Made by a program: the position numbers and the translations under genes. From NCBI GenBank assembly GCA_001949185.1, contig BDGG01000003.1:1648725-1712724 (forward strand): a stretch of DNA of 64,000 nucleotides. Direction: 5' to 3'. Under the pieces are notes generated by a model that did no database searches, had not been told where the DNA came from, and saw only the letters and a list, made by a program, of their open reading frames with translations. The DNA is from Ramazzottius varieornatus. Lineage: Eukaryota > Animalia > Tardigrada. This document shows positions 36,153 through 48,729 of the stretch, one piece after another. The first letter of the stretch is position 1. Every line of letters begins with the position of its first letter.

Positions 36153-36602
36153 CTAGCCACTATCGGCAAAGGTATCGAGGGAGCGGAGCAGGTGGGATTT
36201 CAAATTGAAGGGCACCGTAAGCAAACTAACGCAAGTCTTTATCTTAGTGACTGGACCTGTTCGACAACTTTGAAACTAGAAACCCAGCACACTACCAACT
36301 TCTCACACGCACAGACTGTGAAACAGGGCTTACCGCTTCCGGCTCTGAACCAAGGTTTCTCGTTGTGCTGACTAGGTGACCGTCCTTCGTGACTGACTTT
36401 GAGTCTTGGCGCAAGGTCCTTGGATTCGTGCAAAACCCTGAAAAGCAAAATGTAAACTCAGAAAAAAGATGCAGTTCACAGCAGTACATAATTAAACGGG
36501 CAACCTATTCGAAGAAGAAGAATCATTGAACCAGAAGGAAACGCCTTCGACGTCCCCTCCGGTCAGGAACACCGTGGTGACCGTACCCACTAAATCAAGA
36601 AC
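36153..36602 (-). other. Possible small spliced orphan gene or lncRNA (5' end unresolved)
   Basis: Three segments join in frame across two GT-AG introns (VLDLVGTVTTVF...SN|RVLHESK...AGS|GPVTKIK...SG*); no family recognised. Confidence 0.3.
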
Positions 36603-37064
36603 CTGCAAACAATCAAACAGTAATACACAGATGTGATTAATAATGTCATAATATAACGTCATGCGTTGTCATGAGGTCTCACTCGGTTGTATCATTGGAG
36701 GCATTCCGTTTGTTGTTTCTTCCTCATTCTGCGCCGCGATCGGCTAAAAACCCAAGTTAGAACAAAACCGGTTTGGATTTCACCTTTATGATCAACTAAA
36801 GCTGTAGGAGAGGTCGAAATAAAACTCAAATCAGCTTCCTGAAGGAAACCAAGTTGGAAAGTAAGTAAATACTTGCTGGAGCCGTTCATAGATTTACGAT
36901 CTGATGCGAATATTAACGTGAAAATCTTTCAGGCAAACTTTTTCGACCAAGTGATTACTTGAGTTTTGATGTCGAGCGATATGGAGGGGATTCCATCTTC
37001 AAGCGTCGAGACCAAGAGTGCCTAAAACTGAAAGAAGGATTCAGCGATTTATTCAGACAGAAAC

Positions 37065-38928
37065 ATGACCGAAGAATTCTTTCTGGATAATCCCTTCTAC
37101 ATCGCGCTTACCCAACAATTCCCGGACTTGTACTCCAAAGCCTGCGCCAGAAGATGCGTCATTTGCGTTCCCCGTGTATCATCCCTTCCTGCAACAAAGA
37201 ATGGAAAACAGGTCGGTCCTGGGTCCAACTTGATCCGTCGCGCAGAGTTGGGATTGCACATCCTCCAGCCGTCTCCGCTTCAAGGACATGAAGAAGGCCT
37301 GTACGACTGCGTCCAAAAGGGTTACTCGGTGAAGATAGATTCCAAAAAAGGGATCATCACCGGATACTCCGGCTTTGGAAGGAACTTCTCCGCAAGGATT
37401 CTGTCGGAGGTGAAGATGCAAAAAGCCCAAACGAATTGAGAATAAAATGAGATTCATTCGCGCATTACGTAATGTGTCACATGACATGGTCATACATGCT
37501 ACAGTGCCCGTAACAGGACAAACTGACCACAAGGTCAGCTGCCTCGTGGTGTCACCGTCGCCTTACTAACATGCTACAATGTGTTATACTAATGACGGAA
37601 GTCTGCGTCCCTTATCTACGCATAAGCTAACTTGTTGGTTCTTCGTTGCAGGAACGGTGTTACGACGAGAAATCTCACGGTTCTTTCATGTTGCTGACCA
37701 TCGACCATCCCCTAGGTGAAGGTATGGATCGCTACAACCAGCGCCTGCCAGACCTGGACTACTCTGCTGACAAGCTAACGACAGCTTCCTGCGAAGCTTT
37801 CCTTCGTGATGCTTACGCGGACCAAGTGCTCGTATCATTCAAGAAAGCCATCGAGCAGATCTACCGCACATACGTTCTCCTCGAAGATTACCTCGACGAC
37901 CTCGCAAACAAGATCCATAACCTTGTGAGCATAGCCGCAGAAAAAACTCTCCAAATGCAGCCAGCCATCAGCAGGAAAGACGTGGCTGCGGCATTTGAGA
38001 TGTTCGGTCATAGCCTCCTGTACTCCAAGATCTTTCCCTTCATCCAGACGGTGTGCTTGAACAGGGAAGCCACCATCATGAAGAACATGTCCGCAGTCAA
38101 GAAACCAGAGCACATCGGTGGAATGAACATCTCCACCGCCACCTATCCAACGGCTCAGAGGCTTCTGCGTAACGTGTCAAGTCAAACTTCCCCGCTGCAG
38201 CAGCTCGTCCACTTTTCTCAATCTATACAGGCCTTACAGGTATCTCGGCCTCCTAACCACAATAGACGAACTGACTGATGGTCCATACTTGAATCATTTG
38301 AATTCTCATCTGGCGTTGCAGAGAGCTTCTCTTTCTGTAGGACGATCTGAGTACCTTTCACAAGAACCAGCTCAGGACATGTCGAGCCCAGTCACCCTTC
38401 CCCACACTTTCCGCCGACGATACTCTCAGTCTTCTCCTGTACATCGTAGCATCTCAACGAATATTGCACCTCAGTTCATGCCTTCTGTACATGGAAAGGT
38501 TCTGCTGGACCATTCCCGACGGATCGTTACAGTATTCGCTGACCACACTAGAGGCTATGGTGCGATTTCTCGAGTCTTGTGGCAGTACCACTGGGTCCTT
38601 GGCTCCCCGCGCGGCTGCCGCTACTGGAAAGGACTTGCCTTCTGGTTTTTCGTCACCAGCTGAAGAGGGAAGTGGTGTGGAAGAAGCCTCACCTGTTGAC
38701 GAACGAGACCACAGATGCTTCACGCCTCCCAACTGCCAAGAGACAAATACCTCCCCTGTGACGAACCTGGGGTCTCCGGCGGGAATATCCGAGTCATGCA
38801 TCGACAGGAAGTTGCGAAATTTGGACATTAGCAGTTTGGATAGTTCTTTGTTTCCCTCAACTCCTGCGAGCAGTCCTTTGCGCAGCAGTAGCCGTACAAC
38901 AGACAATTCGAGTCCTTTTTTGAAGTAA
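37065..38928 (+). CDS. VPS9-domain Rab GEF, ANKRD27/VARP-like N-terminal half
   Basis: NPFYIAL...PDLYSK..VICVP resembles the VARP N-terminus. Exons 37065-37409, 37652-38239 and 38340-38928 give the VPS9 core LSADDTLSLLLYIV...YSLTTLEAMVRFL. Confidence 0.8.
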
Positions 38929-39889
38929 AGCAGCCGAATACATACCTACAGTTTTGCGATCAGGCGACAAAAGCGAAGTGAATACTCTCGAACTGATCTG
39001 TCTGGCTGATGAATTTTTACGAAGAAGCTTCTCCGGTCTAGATTTTTCGCCAGTTATGGTCCAGATAAGGATCAGATTTTTACCGATCATCAGAAAGAAC
39101 CAGGAAAAGGCAAGAACCAGCATACGCAAGCAGCTGCTTTCAACATAAAGCTCAATACTGGAAGGCTGAAGTGCGAGTACCGTCAGTGTCAGTACTCCAG
39201 CGTCACTTTCGCCCATCGCGAGCTGAACAGCCTCACATAAGAAAGGCGTCCCCAAAGCCTCACCTGGAGATTTTTCAATAATCAAGTCACGATTGTCAAG
39301 ACCACTAACCAGACCTTCCACCAGCGCGGTACACTCCAACAGACGAAACCCAACGACGCATTCGTCTCCGACCGTAAGGAGAAGGTCTCGTGGTGCGAAC
39401 TGTCCTTCGCGTCTGGCAGGCTTCTCCGATGAGATGTCTGGTCGACGCACATAGTCGGAAATTCGACGCAAAAATCCTGGCCCGGGCTCTTCCACTGGAC
39501 TGCTTTAAACATCCGTGTCTTTGTAGGGCAGAGTGGTATGATTGACAGCAGCCACTGTGACAAGCTCCGCTACTCAGGTCGACGAAAGCTGAGATGAAGC
39601 CTCTTGAGGCAGGTCCGTCATTGTCCCAAAATTTTCATCTTTGACCGGTTTCGGCCGGTTTTTGTATCTAGTTTGAAACACAGCCGCAAAGTCGGGACTC
39701 GTACCAATACAAATAGAAACCAGGGCAGTTTCATATGACGGTTTGTGTCAGAACACCTTAGTATTCATCTAAATGTACTATGCATTTTGTCTGAACTTAC
39801 GAGCCTTGTGAGGCTCGCTCGCGATATTTCCTTGCCCCGAGGCTCAAAAGCTCAGTTTTCCCAGCCTTAGAGAAGCGGAAAATTCTTCT

Positions 39890-40713
39890 TCAAAAAGAAA
39901 TTTCTTCCGCGACGGTAATTCTTGGACTGTAGACATTTGGGAAAACCTGCGAAGCAGCTGACTGTCAGATCTCGATGCGATACATTAATAACGTCGATAT
40001 GATTATTTGGAAAAGTTTACTTGTTTGAATTTCCGGCGAGCCAGTAGGATGTCGTCCGAGATTGCTCCGTTCTTGATATCATCAAAACTGATTCGAGAAA
40101 TCACATCCAGAAAAGAGGAGACAGCCTGTTGCTTCCTGTAAAAGAAATGTAAACTCGAGTTCGAAAATAAAGAACAGTTTCTCAATTTCAGCGCAATAAA
40201 CTCAAGATCATCGAGATGGTGTGCAGCATTAGCTTACCGTAAAGTACCCTCCGAAGGTACATCATCAATTGATGAAGAAGGATGAATGAGACGATCGCGG
40301 AACCGCATGGCATACCCTTTGTAAAATCCGATCTGTCAAAAGAAGCCGCTTCAATCGCAGCTGAAAGTTCAAGCTCTGAATCACATCGTCTAAGAATTTA
40401 TCGTTCCGTTACGAATGAGTAGGTCAGGATCAAATCCGGATCGGAATTGCAACTCACCTCTGTGATTATTTCCCAACCTTTACTCCATCCAAAAGCAAAG
40501 CCTTCCATATGGCCATCGACTTCTCCTTGGTGATTACCGTCGGATACACCAGCTTCTCTAGACCTAGACTACAGCATATCAAAGCCAACAGACAGCGATC
40601 GAGCAAGCATTACGATGATTAAGCAAATTAATTTACCGTTCTTCATGCTCCAGCAAACTGTCAAAGACGTCCATAACATCGGGTTCTCCGCGGGCGCCGT
40701 TCTTTCCCTCCAT
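39890..40713 (-). CDS. LTO1: LTO1/ORAOV1 (Yae1_N family, Fe-S maturation adaptor for ABCE1)
   Basis: Five exons: DVFDSLLEHEER|SREAGVSDGNHQGEVDGHMEGFAFGWSKGWEIITE|IGFYKGYA...|...RRKFKQ|...ISF*; GxxxG repeat pattern. Confidence 0.85.
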
Positions 40714-41331
40714 CTTCCAGATATCTACTAGTCCAGTCCGAGAGCCGACAGGTTCTCCCGAGAAGGCAACGACTTTCCTGCAGGAGATAAGAGGAGATAG
40801 TAGAAGAAGTTCGTCAAAATGGTCGAACGAATGCAAAGATTCGAAAGCGCTTTGTTGACGTTGAATCAAGCTCACTCAATCAACGGTTGAAAGTGTGTCC
40901 GCTCTAGTTCCAGTCAGAAGGAACAATCAATTTTACCAATCGGCGACTTGGCATAGTCTTGAAGTCAAGGATGTGGCAGGCGGCAACGTGTTCACTGTTT
41001 TAGTTTCCGTTTGGAATTGGACCTGTTTTCCTGGTGGCGTGGAAACACTTCAGGTGGAATTCCGCGACTTTGGCCTCTGTCCATTGTTCAACAACCACGT
41101 GAGTGTGTGTTGGAAAACGGTAACTCACGGGGCTCCGGTCTACGTGAGGGCAGGCTCTGTCTGCCAGCTCTTTTCTCCTGAAAAGAAGCTCAACGGCTTC
41201 GAAAGAAGACACTTGAACTTTTGATCTGTTCATCGCATTCATCTTCTAACCTCGTTTCTTGATCCCTGTTCCTTCACAAATTTCTTTCCGATGTCAGACT
41301 TTTCCAGAACGGTGCTTGTCTCCATTGGAAG

Positions 41332-43751
41332 ATGCGCGATGAGGTGAAGAAGCTGCTGCCACTCACAACCGAACAAGCCCGGAAGAAGAAGGTGGACGAT
41401 TGGAAAGTGCGTCGCGTTCTCCGTCTTACTCAAGCCCGTCAACAAGCTAAGCACGCTGCCTGTCACATCCGGATAGACTTCTGGAACGAAGTAGATCGTA
41501 TTGCTGACGAAATGAGAAAGATTAACGCAGAGAAACGACGCATCGAAGATGAACTACAAGCCAAACGTCGCGCCGCTGAAGAAGCCAAGGTATGACTCGT
41601 TTACCCGTCTAAACTATCAGGATGATTTGATAGGGTCTTTGTTCTAGATTGCTGAAGAAAGGCAGAGGTTGATTGAACAGGAGAAAGCTGAGGAAGAACT
41701 ACGTGAACTGAAGAAACGCCAGGCTGAAGTCTACGCTCAACGCACTCGTTCACGCTTCAACAAAGCTCTTCAAGAAGAGCAACGTCGTCGAGCTACAGCT
41801 CTGAAGAATGAAGAACAAGTCAAGGAAGACGTGGTGAAGAGTAGGGAAATGGAAGCGCAAAAGTATCGCATCCGAACTGCGTATCACAAAGAAGCCTATC
41901 TGCCCGTCGTCAAAGAAGTCTCCTTCGCTCGACGCGATTCCATGATACCGCGCGATAACGTTCCCGAACCGACAGCTGGCGTCCTGCAACCCATCGCCGA
42001 TGGTAGCTCGATGGTTTCCTCAATTTCTAATATCCAGTCGACGCTGGATAACAGTGAGAATTCAGAGAGCAACGAGAAGTACAGAAGCGTGCCTAACGTG
42101 CGCGTGCTGAGACCGCGAGCTTACAGAGGCAAGGAGAATATTCCTCCTGGAGAACGAGCGGGCAACGGGATGTCAAAGGGAACTACCGAACGAAGGAAGA
42201 AGGGGAAAGGTCCGTTGGTGCCTGTGTCAGAATCGAATAATAGCCAGGAGAACGTCGATGCCGAGAATATCAGCGTCAATCAAGAATCAACGCTAGGCTC
42301 TGTGCATTCGCTGGGACCAAAGTCGCGCATGGTTCCTGTCGATGTCCAGACTTGTCCTGCCGCTTCACCTCCTTCTCTTGCCTCTGTCAAGCAACGCCAG
42401 ATGACGGCTATGTCTTCGCTGGATGAATTTTCTCTTCGAGCAAAGGTAAGGCTGGATTTCCTGTCCCGCAGATCAATCAGTCAACGTAAAGCAGCCCGCA
42501 CTTCCGGCGACGTCAGGGGTGACTTCATCGGGGTGTGTGTAGCTTGTCCTTGGCTTTCCTTGGCGGGGTCCTTGCACTGTTTTGTCTGATGTCCGGTGCT
42601 CTGTTTCCTCTCCGTCGAAAATATAAATAACGTTGTAAGAACGGTAACGTTTTATTTTTGTTCGGGTTTTTTTAGTCGGTTGGAACGTCTCTCAACTCAT
42701 CGGATGACTCCATTCGTTCGCAAGACTCGGAAGTTCTTCGATCGATCCTCCAGAATCCAGCCACCCAGTTCTCCCCACCAAAGCAACCACGCAACCCTCT
42801 CCGTCTCCGTAACAGTCAGTCCGATGGACCTCCACGACTTTTCAGTGGTAAGGAAGCAAAAGCCGAAGGAGCGGAGCTTCGTAGGAAATAGCTGGCGAAC
42901 GGAAGTTGTGGAAGTTGTGCCTGATGATTGCACGAATATTTGATTCGTTTTTGTTTTCCAGGTAAATTCAGCACGGACAATCTGCCAGCAGATAGCGCGT
43001 CACAAGCCACACATCGCTCGGCAGATTCGAACTTCCCCGCCAGCGAAGTCGATCCAGCTCCACGCAAACGTCAGCCCTTCCGGTCGCTTGGGAACATCCA
43101 AAGTCCAACTGCAACAGGCGACAAGGTCCTCAAGAAGAAAGCTCCAGCGCAGCCTGTGGACCTGCTGGAAGACCTCCAGGAAGTCATGCGAGCACTGGAG
43201 ATCCTGGACGCCAACGTTGCCGGAAGCCACGCCGACTCCTTCACCATGAGCGTCAGCTCGGGACCGCTGTCCACACCGGAATCCAAGATGATCGAGTCGG
43301 ATGAAAGCTGGATCAGCCAACAAACCCTCTCCAATGGTAACTCAAATAGGAAAGAAGTTTCGAAGAGTTCTATCAAACTAGGATTTCGGCAAATGACTCG
43401 AACAAAATCGTTTTCGCGGATGGCGCATAGTTTCAGTCGATAGTATTGAAGACGTGCGCCACTTCAGATAACGATACCGTTCAATTCATTTGCCAAGTCC
43501 CAAATGCATGCTTGCTTTTCTCTCGTCCAGAATCGTCCTTCCGAAACTACAGTCATCTGACGTCGATCGAGACTGGTTCGCTCTTCACCATTCTCTCGAC
43601 CATTCATGGTGAATCGACACTGGAGACTGGTCCGCTTGATCAGTGGTCCTTCCGGTCGCGGTTGAATAGTTCAACGCTGAGCAGTGGCAACTTGAGCGAG
43701 TTCTCGACCGGGAACATTCACGACTTTCTGCCTTGCCACGTCTCCACATAG
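41332..43751 (+). CDS. Coiled-coil protein with CEP295/Ana1-like N-terminus (3' end uncertain)
   Basis: LTTEQARKKKVDDWKVRRVLRLTQARQQAKHAACHIR resembles the CEP295 motif LSPNEE...ERRRKLRLLQVREQ. It is followed by a coiled coil and S-rich disordered exons. Confidence 0.55.
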
Positions 43752-44662
43752 ATCAGTTCCATGTTGAATAGTCCAGCTGAAGCTGGCGCTCAGGTTCAGG
43801 TATATAATTGGTTCGGTTTGCGCATCTTCAGAAATGTTTATCAAATAGTTTTTTTTGCAGGATAAGGAAGGAAGCTCAAGAAACTACAGGGTATCTCGAA
43901 CTGCACGTTTTTGTTTACAACTATTTATTTACTCTTTTGTGGCCGTATCAACATATGTTGCTACTTTATCTTTGACGTTTGCAATATACAGGAGTATTTT
44001 AGACTCGACTTTTCTTTACCGAAAAACAGCGTAATATTTTTCCTTGTACACAGCTACAAAGTCTGGTCTCACTTGAATATCTTTTTCTTCGCGTTTTTAT
44101 CTAAGTATGGTATCGAAAAATTCAGAACGCTTGAATACGAGTTATACAACAAAAATGAACATAGCAATCATCATACATCGTATTTTTGTCTGGTAGTAAC
44201 GCGTAGGTTCCGGGGGAGAAAGAAGTAATTTCTTCTGTGGAAGGTATCTGGGTTTATTCTCATCTAAGCTACCGGATAACAAGCTGAAACATTTCAATCG
44301 ATTGCAACCATAATAAGGATGATTACGGCTGAAGAAATAATTAGCAATCACAGTCTGTTGGTTGCTTTCCCTTTTTTCCTGTAGGTGTGACGTGACAGGA
44401 CCACGTTGGCCCATGCTTGTCCTTCCTTCCTTCCTTTTGGTTCCTGATTTCACTGTACGGTGTCATGACGGTTAATCCTTTCTGCGTTGTCCACGGTTTT
44501 TGTACGATCGATTGCTGGGACTAAGCGAGTCTACCATGCCTTAGCTTCAAGTTTACTTGACAGTTTACAGGCGGAAGCAAGACGCGATAAAATTACAGGG
44601 TCAATCTGTTCGTCTCGTTTTTCTCTTCCTCCTTTTGTTTTTTCTCTTTCTTCAGCGGCAAT

Positions 44663-47600
44663 ATGGCGGATAGTGGTCAAGTCGAGGCGCTTCTGCAGAA
44701 CGGTACTGTGCAGATGAAGGCTGGAGGCATTTCCGGAGACTTCAAGGTTCCACCGATGAAGCATGAAATCAAGGCTGTAGCGCTGCACTCCTTCGGCGGA
44801 CCACGGTCAGTCAAGGTGGAGAATCGACCGGAGCCCGGCATGGAAAAGGGACAAGTCCTTATTCGGGTCAAAGCTACGTAAGCGTCTGTTCTTGCTTTCG
44901 AACATCCTCACCCTTTACAAGAGCACCATATGGGACGGTGTCGGCAAATGGACTGCACATGGTCGTTGTCACAAGAAGCGCACATGTCTAGTATTTCTGG
45001 CCGGAGGTGTGCGCCACTTAGTTAACGATCATGTTGGAGTCCTCCGCCGACGTCCCATATGGTCGAACCTCAACGACTGTTAGTACAACTTTTGTCGCTG
45101 TTATGCAAGCGGCGGCCCTTCGGGTGCAGGTCTTAATATGCATGCGATGTCGTTGTAGGGGAGTCAACTTTTTGGACTTGATGGCCCGTCAAGGAGTCTT
45201 AGATGGTGCCCCGAAGCTTCCCGCCGTGATGGGCTTTGAACTGGCTGGAGATGTCGAAGCATTTGTGTCGACCGGGTCAAGCAACATCATGGACATCAAA
45301 GTATGGAAACAAGAATAACATTTCAGGCTGCTCTATTTGGATGGCTGCATATGAAAACTTGCCAGATCGTTAGTCAAAGTGGCGCAGTCTTCCAGCCAAC
45401 AACAATGTATACGTGCGCCACATGAGAGAACGAACTTGCACTTTTCGTTTGCCGGCCTCCATTTTCTGTCTTTTTCGGCGAACGATTATTAGCAAGGAGG
45501 CAGGAACGTACAGCACCCGAAGCGTGATCTAATTCTAGATTTCTTGATTTTACAGCCAGGAGATCGGGTGATCGCTTTTACGGATTACAACGCCTGGGCG
45601 GAAGTGGTTTGCGTCTCGATCGACTACGTGTACAAAATGCCAGCCCATATGAGCTATGAAGAAGGTGCTTCCATGCTGTCTTACGTAACGGCTCATCTAC
45701 TGCTCTTCCACCTTGGGGGACTGCGCAAAGGACAGTCGTTGCTGGTGCATTCGGCCGGCGGATCAGTGGTAAGATGTGTCAAGCTTCATTGACATCTAAT
45801 GCCTACAGAAAGTCCTAAAGAGCTCGCCATAAAAGAGCGCATCGTTGACTCCGCCAAAAGAAGAGGCAGGCCGAAACTGCTGACAGCTCTCTTACAGTGT
45901 AGTTGGCCTTGGTCCTTTTGCTTTGCTTCGTAAGTGCGGACGGAATGGGTAAAATATCGATCCATCCAGGGTTCGTCGCTTCTCGTTAGTGGTCCACTTT
46001 GTTATGTAGACAAGAAAAATGAGAAAGAAAACAGGAAAGGGAAGTGAAGACTGAGAGTCGTTAGAGGGGAAGTCAACGTGAGATCGGATGGAAATTTATG
46101 AATGCATGGTACGAGACTCGAGTCTCAGACTGATCCAACAAGTTTCCACCTGTAAGGCAACCCCGACGAGCCAATTACTGTACAGGCTTACTTCGTAAAC
46201 CGCGGGTACACTTCCTATGCACACGTCGAGAATAGTTTTCAGATGGCGCATGTTTTCAGCTATCCAGTGTGAAAACGTGCGCCACTTAATTTAGCTCGAC
46301 AAGATCGTTCTTTTCAAGTGGCGCGTTTTCAGTAAATAATGCTGAAAAGGTGCGCCTCTTGGAAAAACGTTCCTGTCAAGTATGCTTCCGGACTTGATGC
46401 ATAAAACACTTCGCCACTGTTACAAATATTCACCATCGCAAATCATAAGCTTTCTGACGGATAATTTTTCCAGGGATTAGCGGTGAGCCAGCTCGCCCGA
46501 ACGGTGGGCGACGTCAAGCTGATCGGTACAGCTTCCTTGCATAAGCACGAACACATCAAGCAGGCCTTCGACCAACTTTACGACCACGGAGAAGACTATG
46601 TGCAGGAAATCAAAAAGTAAGCAGCTGTCGTAATTTCCTTAACGACCCATTTCCGGGATACCACGGTTGGATTGCATGATCGGATGATATGCTGGCTTGG
46701 GCGTGGCCGCGTGGAATACTTTGTAAAGGCTACGGATTCACCGGTAATATGCCCTGCAGGATCGCTCCCGAAGGTTTGCACCTCGTACTGGACTGTCTTT
46801 CGGGAGACGACACTCATCGGGGAATTTCGCTGCTTCGCCCCATGGGCAAATATATCCTGTATGGATCGGCCAACATCGTGGCTGGGGAAAGCAAGAGCTT
46901 CTTTAGCTTGGCCAAATCGGTGAGAAACACATCAGCAAATTAAACTAAATCCTTGTCACTACAAAACTCGAACAAAAAAGCCGAAAATTAGTTGCTGAAG
47001 TTCGCATTTCGAAGGTACGGTTCTCGAAAATCATACCGCCTCTACCTGTTACTGCATGGTTTCCCCAAGCGCAGAAAAATTTACTGAAAAAGCAGTTTTT
47101 AAGTTTCGAATCGAATCGATGAATCGGCGGATAAGTACATTGTTTTTTCGTTTTAGTGGTGGCAAGTGGAAAAGATCAACCCAATGAGGCTCTGCGACGA
47201 GAACAAGCTAGTTGGCGGCCTCAACCTTCGCCACTTTCTGTTCCGTCAACGTGGTGCCAGTGAAGTGCGGGACATTATGCAACAGCTCTTCACGCTGTAC
47301 GACAAGAAGAAAATCAAGCCCGCTGTGGATTCCACCTACGCCATGGCGGATGTATACGACGCCATGAAGCGCCTACACGATCGCAAGAACATCGGCAAGG
47401 TCTTGCTGTGTCCCGCACAGGTCCCTCGTCCACGTACCATCCAACAGCAGCTAAGCGAGACCAACTCGGCTGGAGCGGGTAGTGTCAACGGTACCACGAA
47501 CCCTGCTCCCAGCACGGGGAGCTCGATACTAGGCATGGTTCGTCGGGCATTCTCACAGGATCAGGGAAACGGACACGGCTCGGCTCCTAATAGTCCTCCG

Positions 47601-47684
47601 TACATCAAAGTGGAGACGACGACAACGACGGTTACGAACGTAGCTGATACCAACGTTCCTTCCGGCTCCAACGAAAATTTGTAG
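44663..47684 (+). CDS. VAT1L: VAT-1-like zinc-independent MDR/quinone oxidoreductase family protein
   Basis: GVNFLDLMARQG, PAVMGFELAG, LVHSAGGSV, DYVQEIK, GKYILYGSAN, AMKRLHDRKNIGKVLL; S/T-rich C-terminal extension. Confidence 0.88.
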
Positions 47685-48729
47685 TAGGAAAGACACATTA
47701 GATTCAATCGATAGTATGTAGATCTCTAGTCCGAACTTCATTTTCCTTATCGAACTACGGATTTCAGCTAGTATCGGGTTGTTCTGTACATGGAATCGGG
47801 TAGATTTCGTAAAAATATTAGCTTCTTGTTTTTGTATTAGGTTTTCTCGCTCTCCCTCATAGTCATCTCAAGATATCGGTGGTGCTCCGATAATCCAGCA
47901 TGGGAACGTTGGATCGCCTTCGTGTTCCATGGCTGTATTCTACGGTAATTTATACGCTTGTCTTTTTCTAACATATGCTTCTCTATGTTAATCCAAACCG
48001 GTCAACCTCTATCGTCAATATCAAAGACGATTGCGGATCTGTTCTAGGAAGTCAGCTCAAAATGCATGAGCGGTTTTCTGTAGGGTTCTGTTGAAGGTTT
48101 CTCGCAACTATTCATTTCGCCATTGAATTGGTGTATAATTTGGTCGTCGTTTCGAGAATCTCAAGTTTCCCACTCACGAACAATCAAAAGCCAATTCTGA
48201 ATTCTGCATAAGCAATTCTTCTGATCGAGGTGACGCTTTCTTCAGCTTGAACTTCACCACACACCGCCAGCGCTAGACAGAAAACCCGCTCTGTATGAAT
48301 ATGACCTACCGCGAAATTCCGGCTCCTGCACCACAAGACGCTCTTAAGCCCACGGTGTAGTTTCACGGCTCAAGCTGTGAAACATTAGACGACACCGTTT
48401 ACTTCCACACAAAGACCTGTCGCGGCCTCACGCAAGTTGTTACGGTATTCAGCAAGTTCTTTTCCAGCTATAATCAAACACATATTGTGCTTCTTAAAAG
48501 ACTTCGCGTTAAGTGTCATGTGACCAGTAACAGAAGAATTGCTTACGACAGCGAGTATAAAGGAGCAATAAAGCTCGCCTAGGCCGAATTTTAATCCTTA
48601 CATCATGTTGGAAGCTTGATAACTTCCAGAAATATTAAACTCGCATCAAAAGTTGCACCAACAATCTTTATCGACGGCATCATTGGTCCTTCGCACCTGT
48701 CGATCGATTACGGAAGTAACCCCACCAAG

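Noticed and set aside
38857-39495. 212-aa minus-strand ORF
   Set aside because: It starts at GTG, has no recognisable family and overlaps the VPS9 gene end; unresolved, probably a shadow ORF.
40895-41466. ORFs between LTO1 and the CEP295-like gene
   Set aside because: They are overlapping shadow frames in a probable bidirectional promoter/5' UTR.
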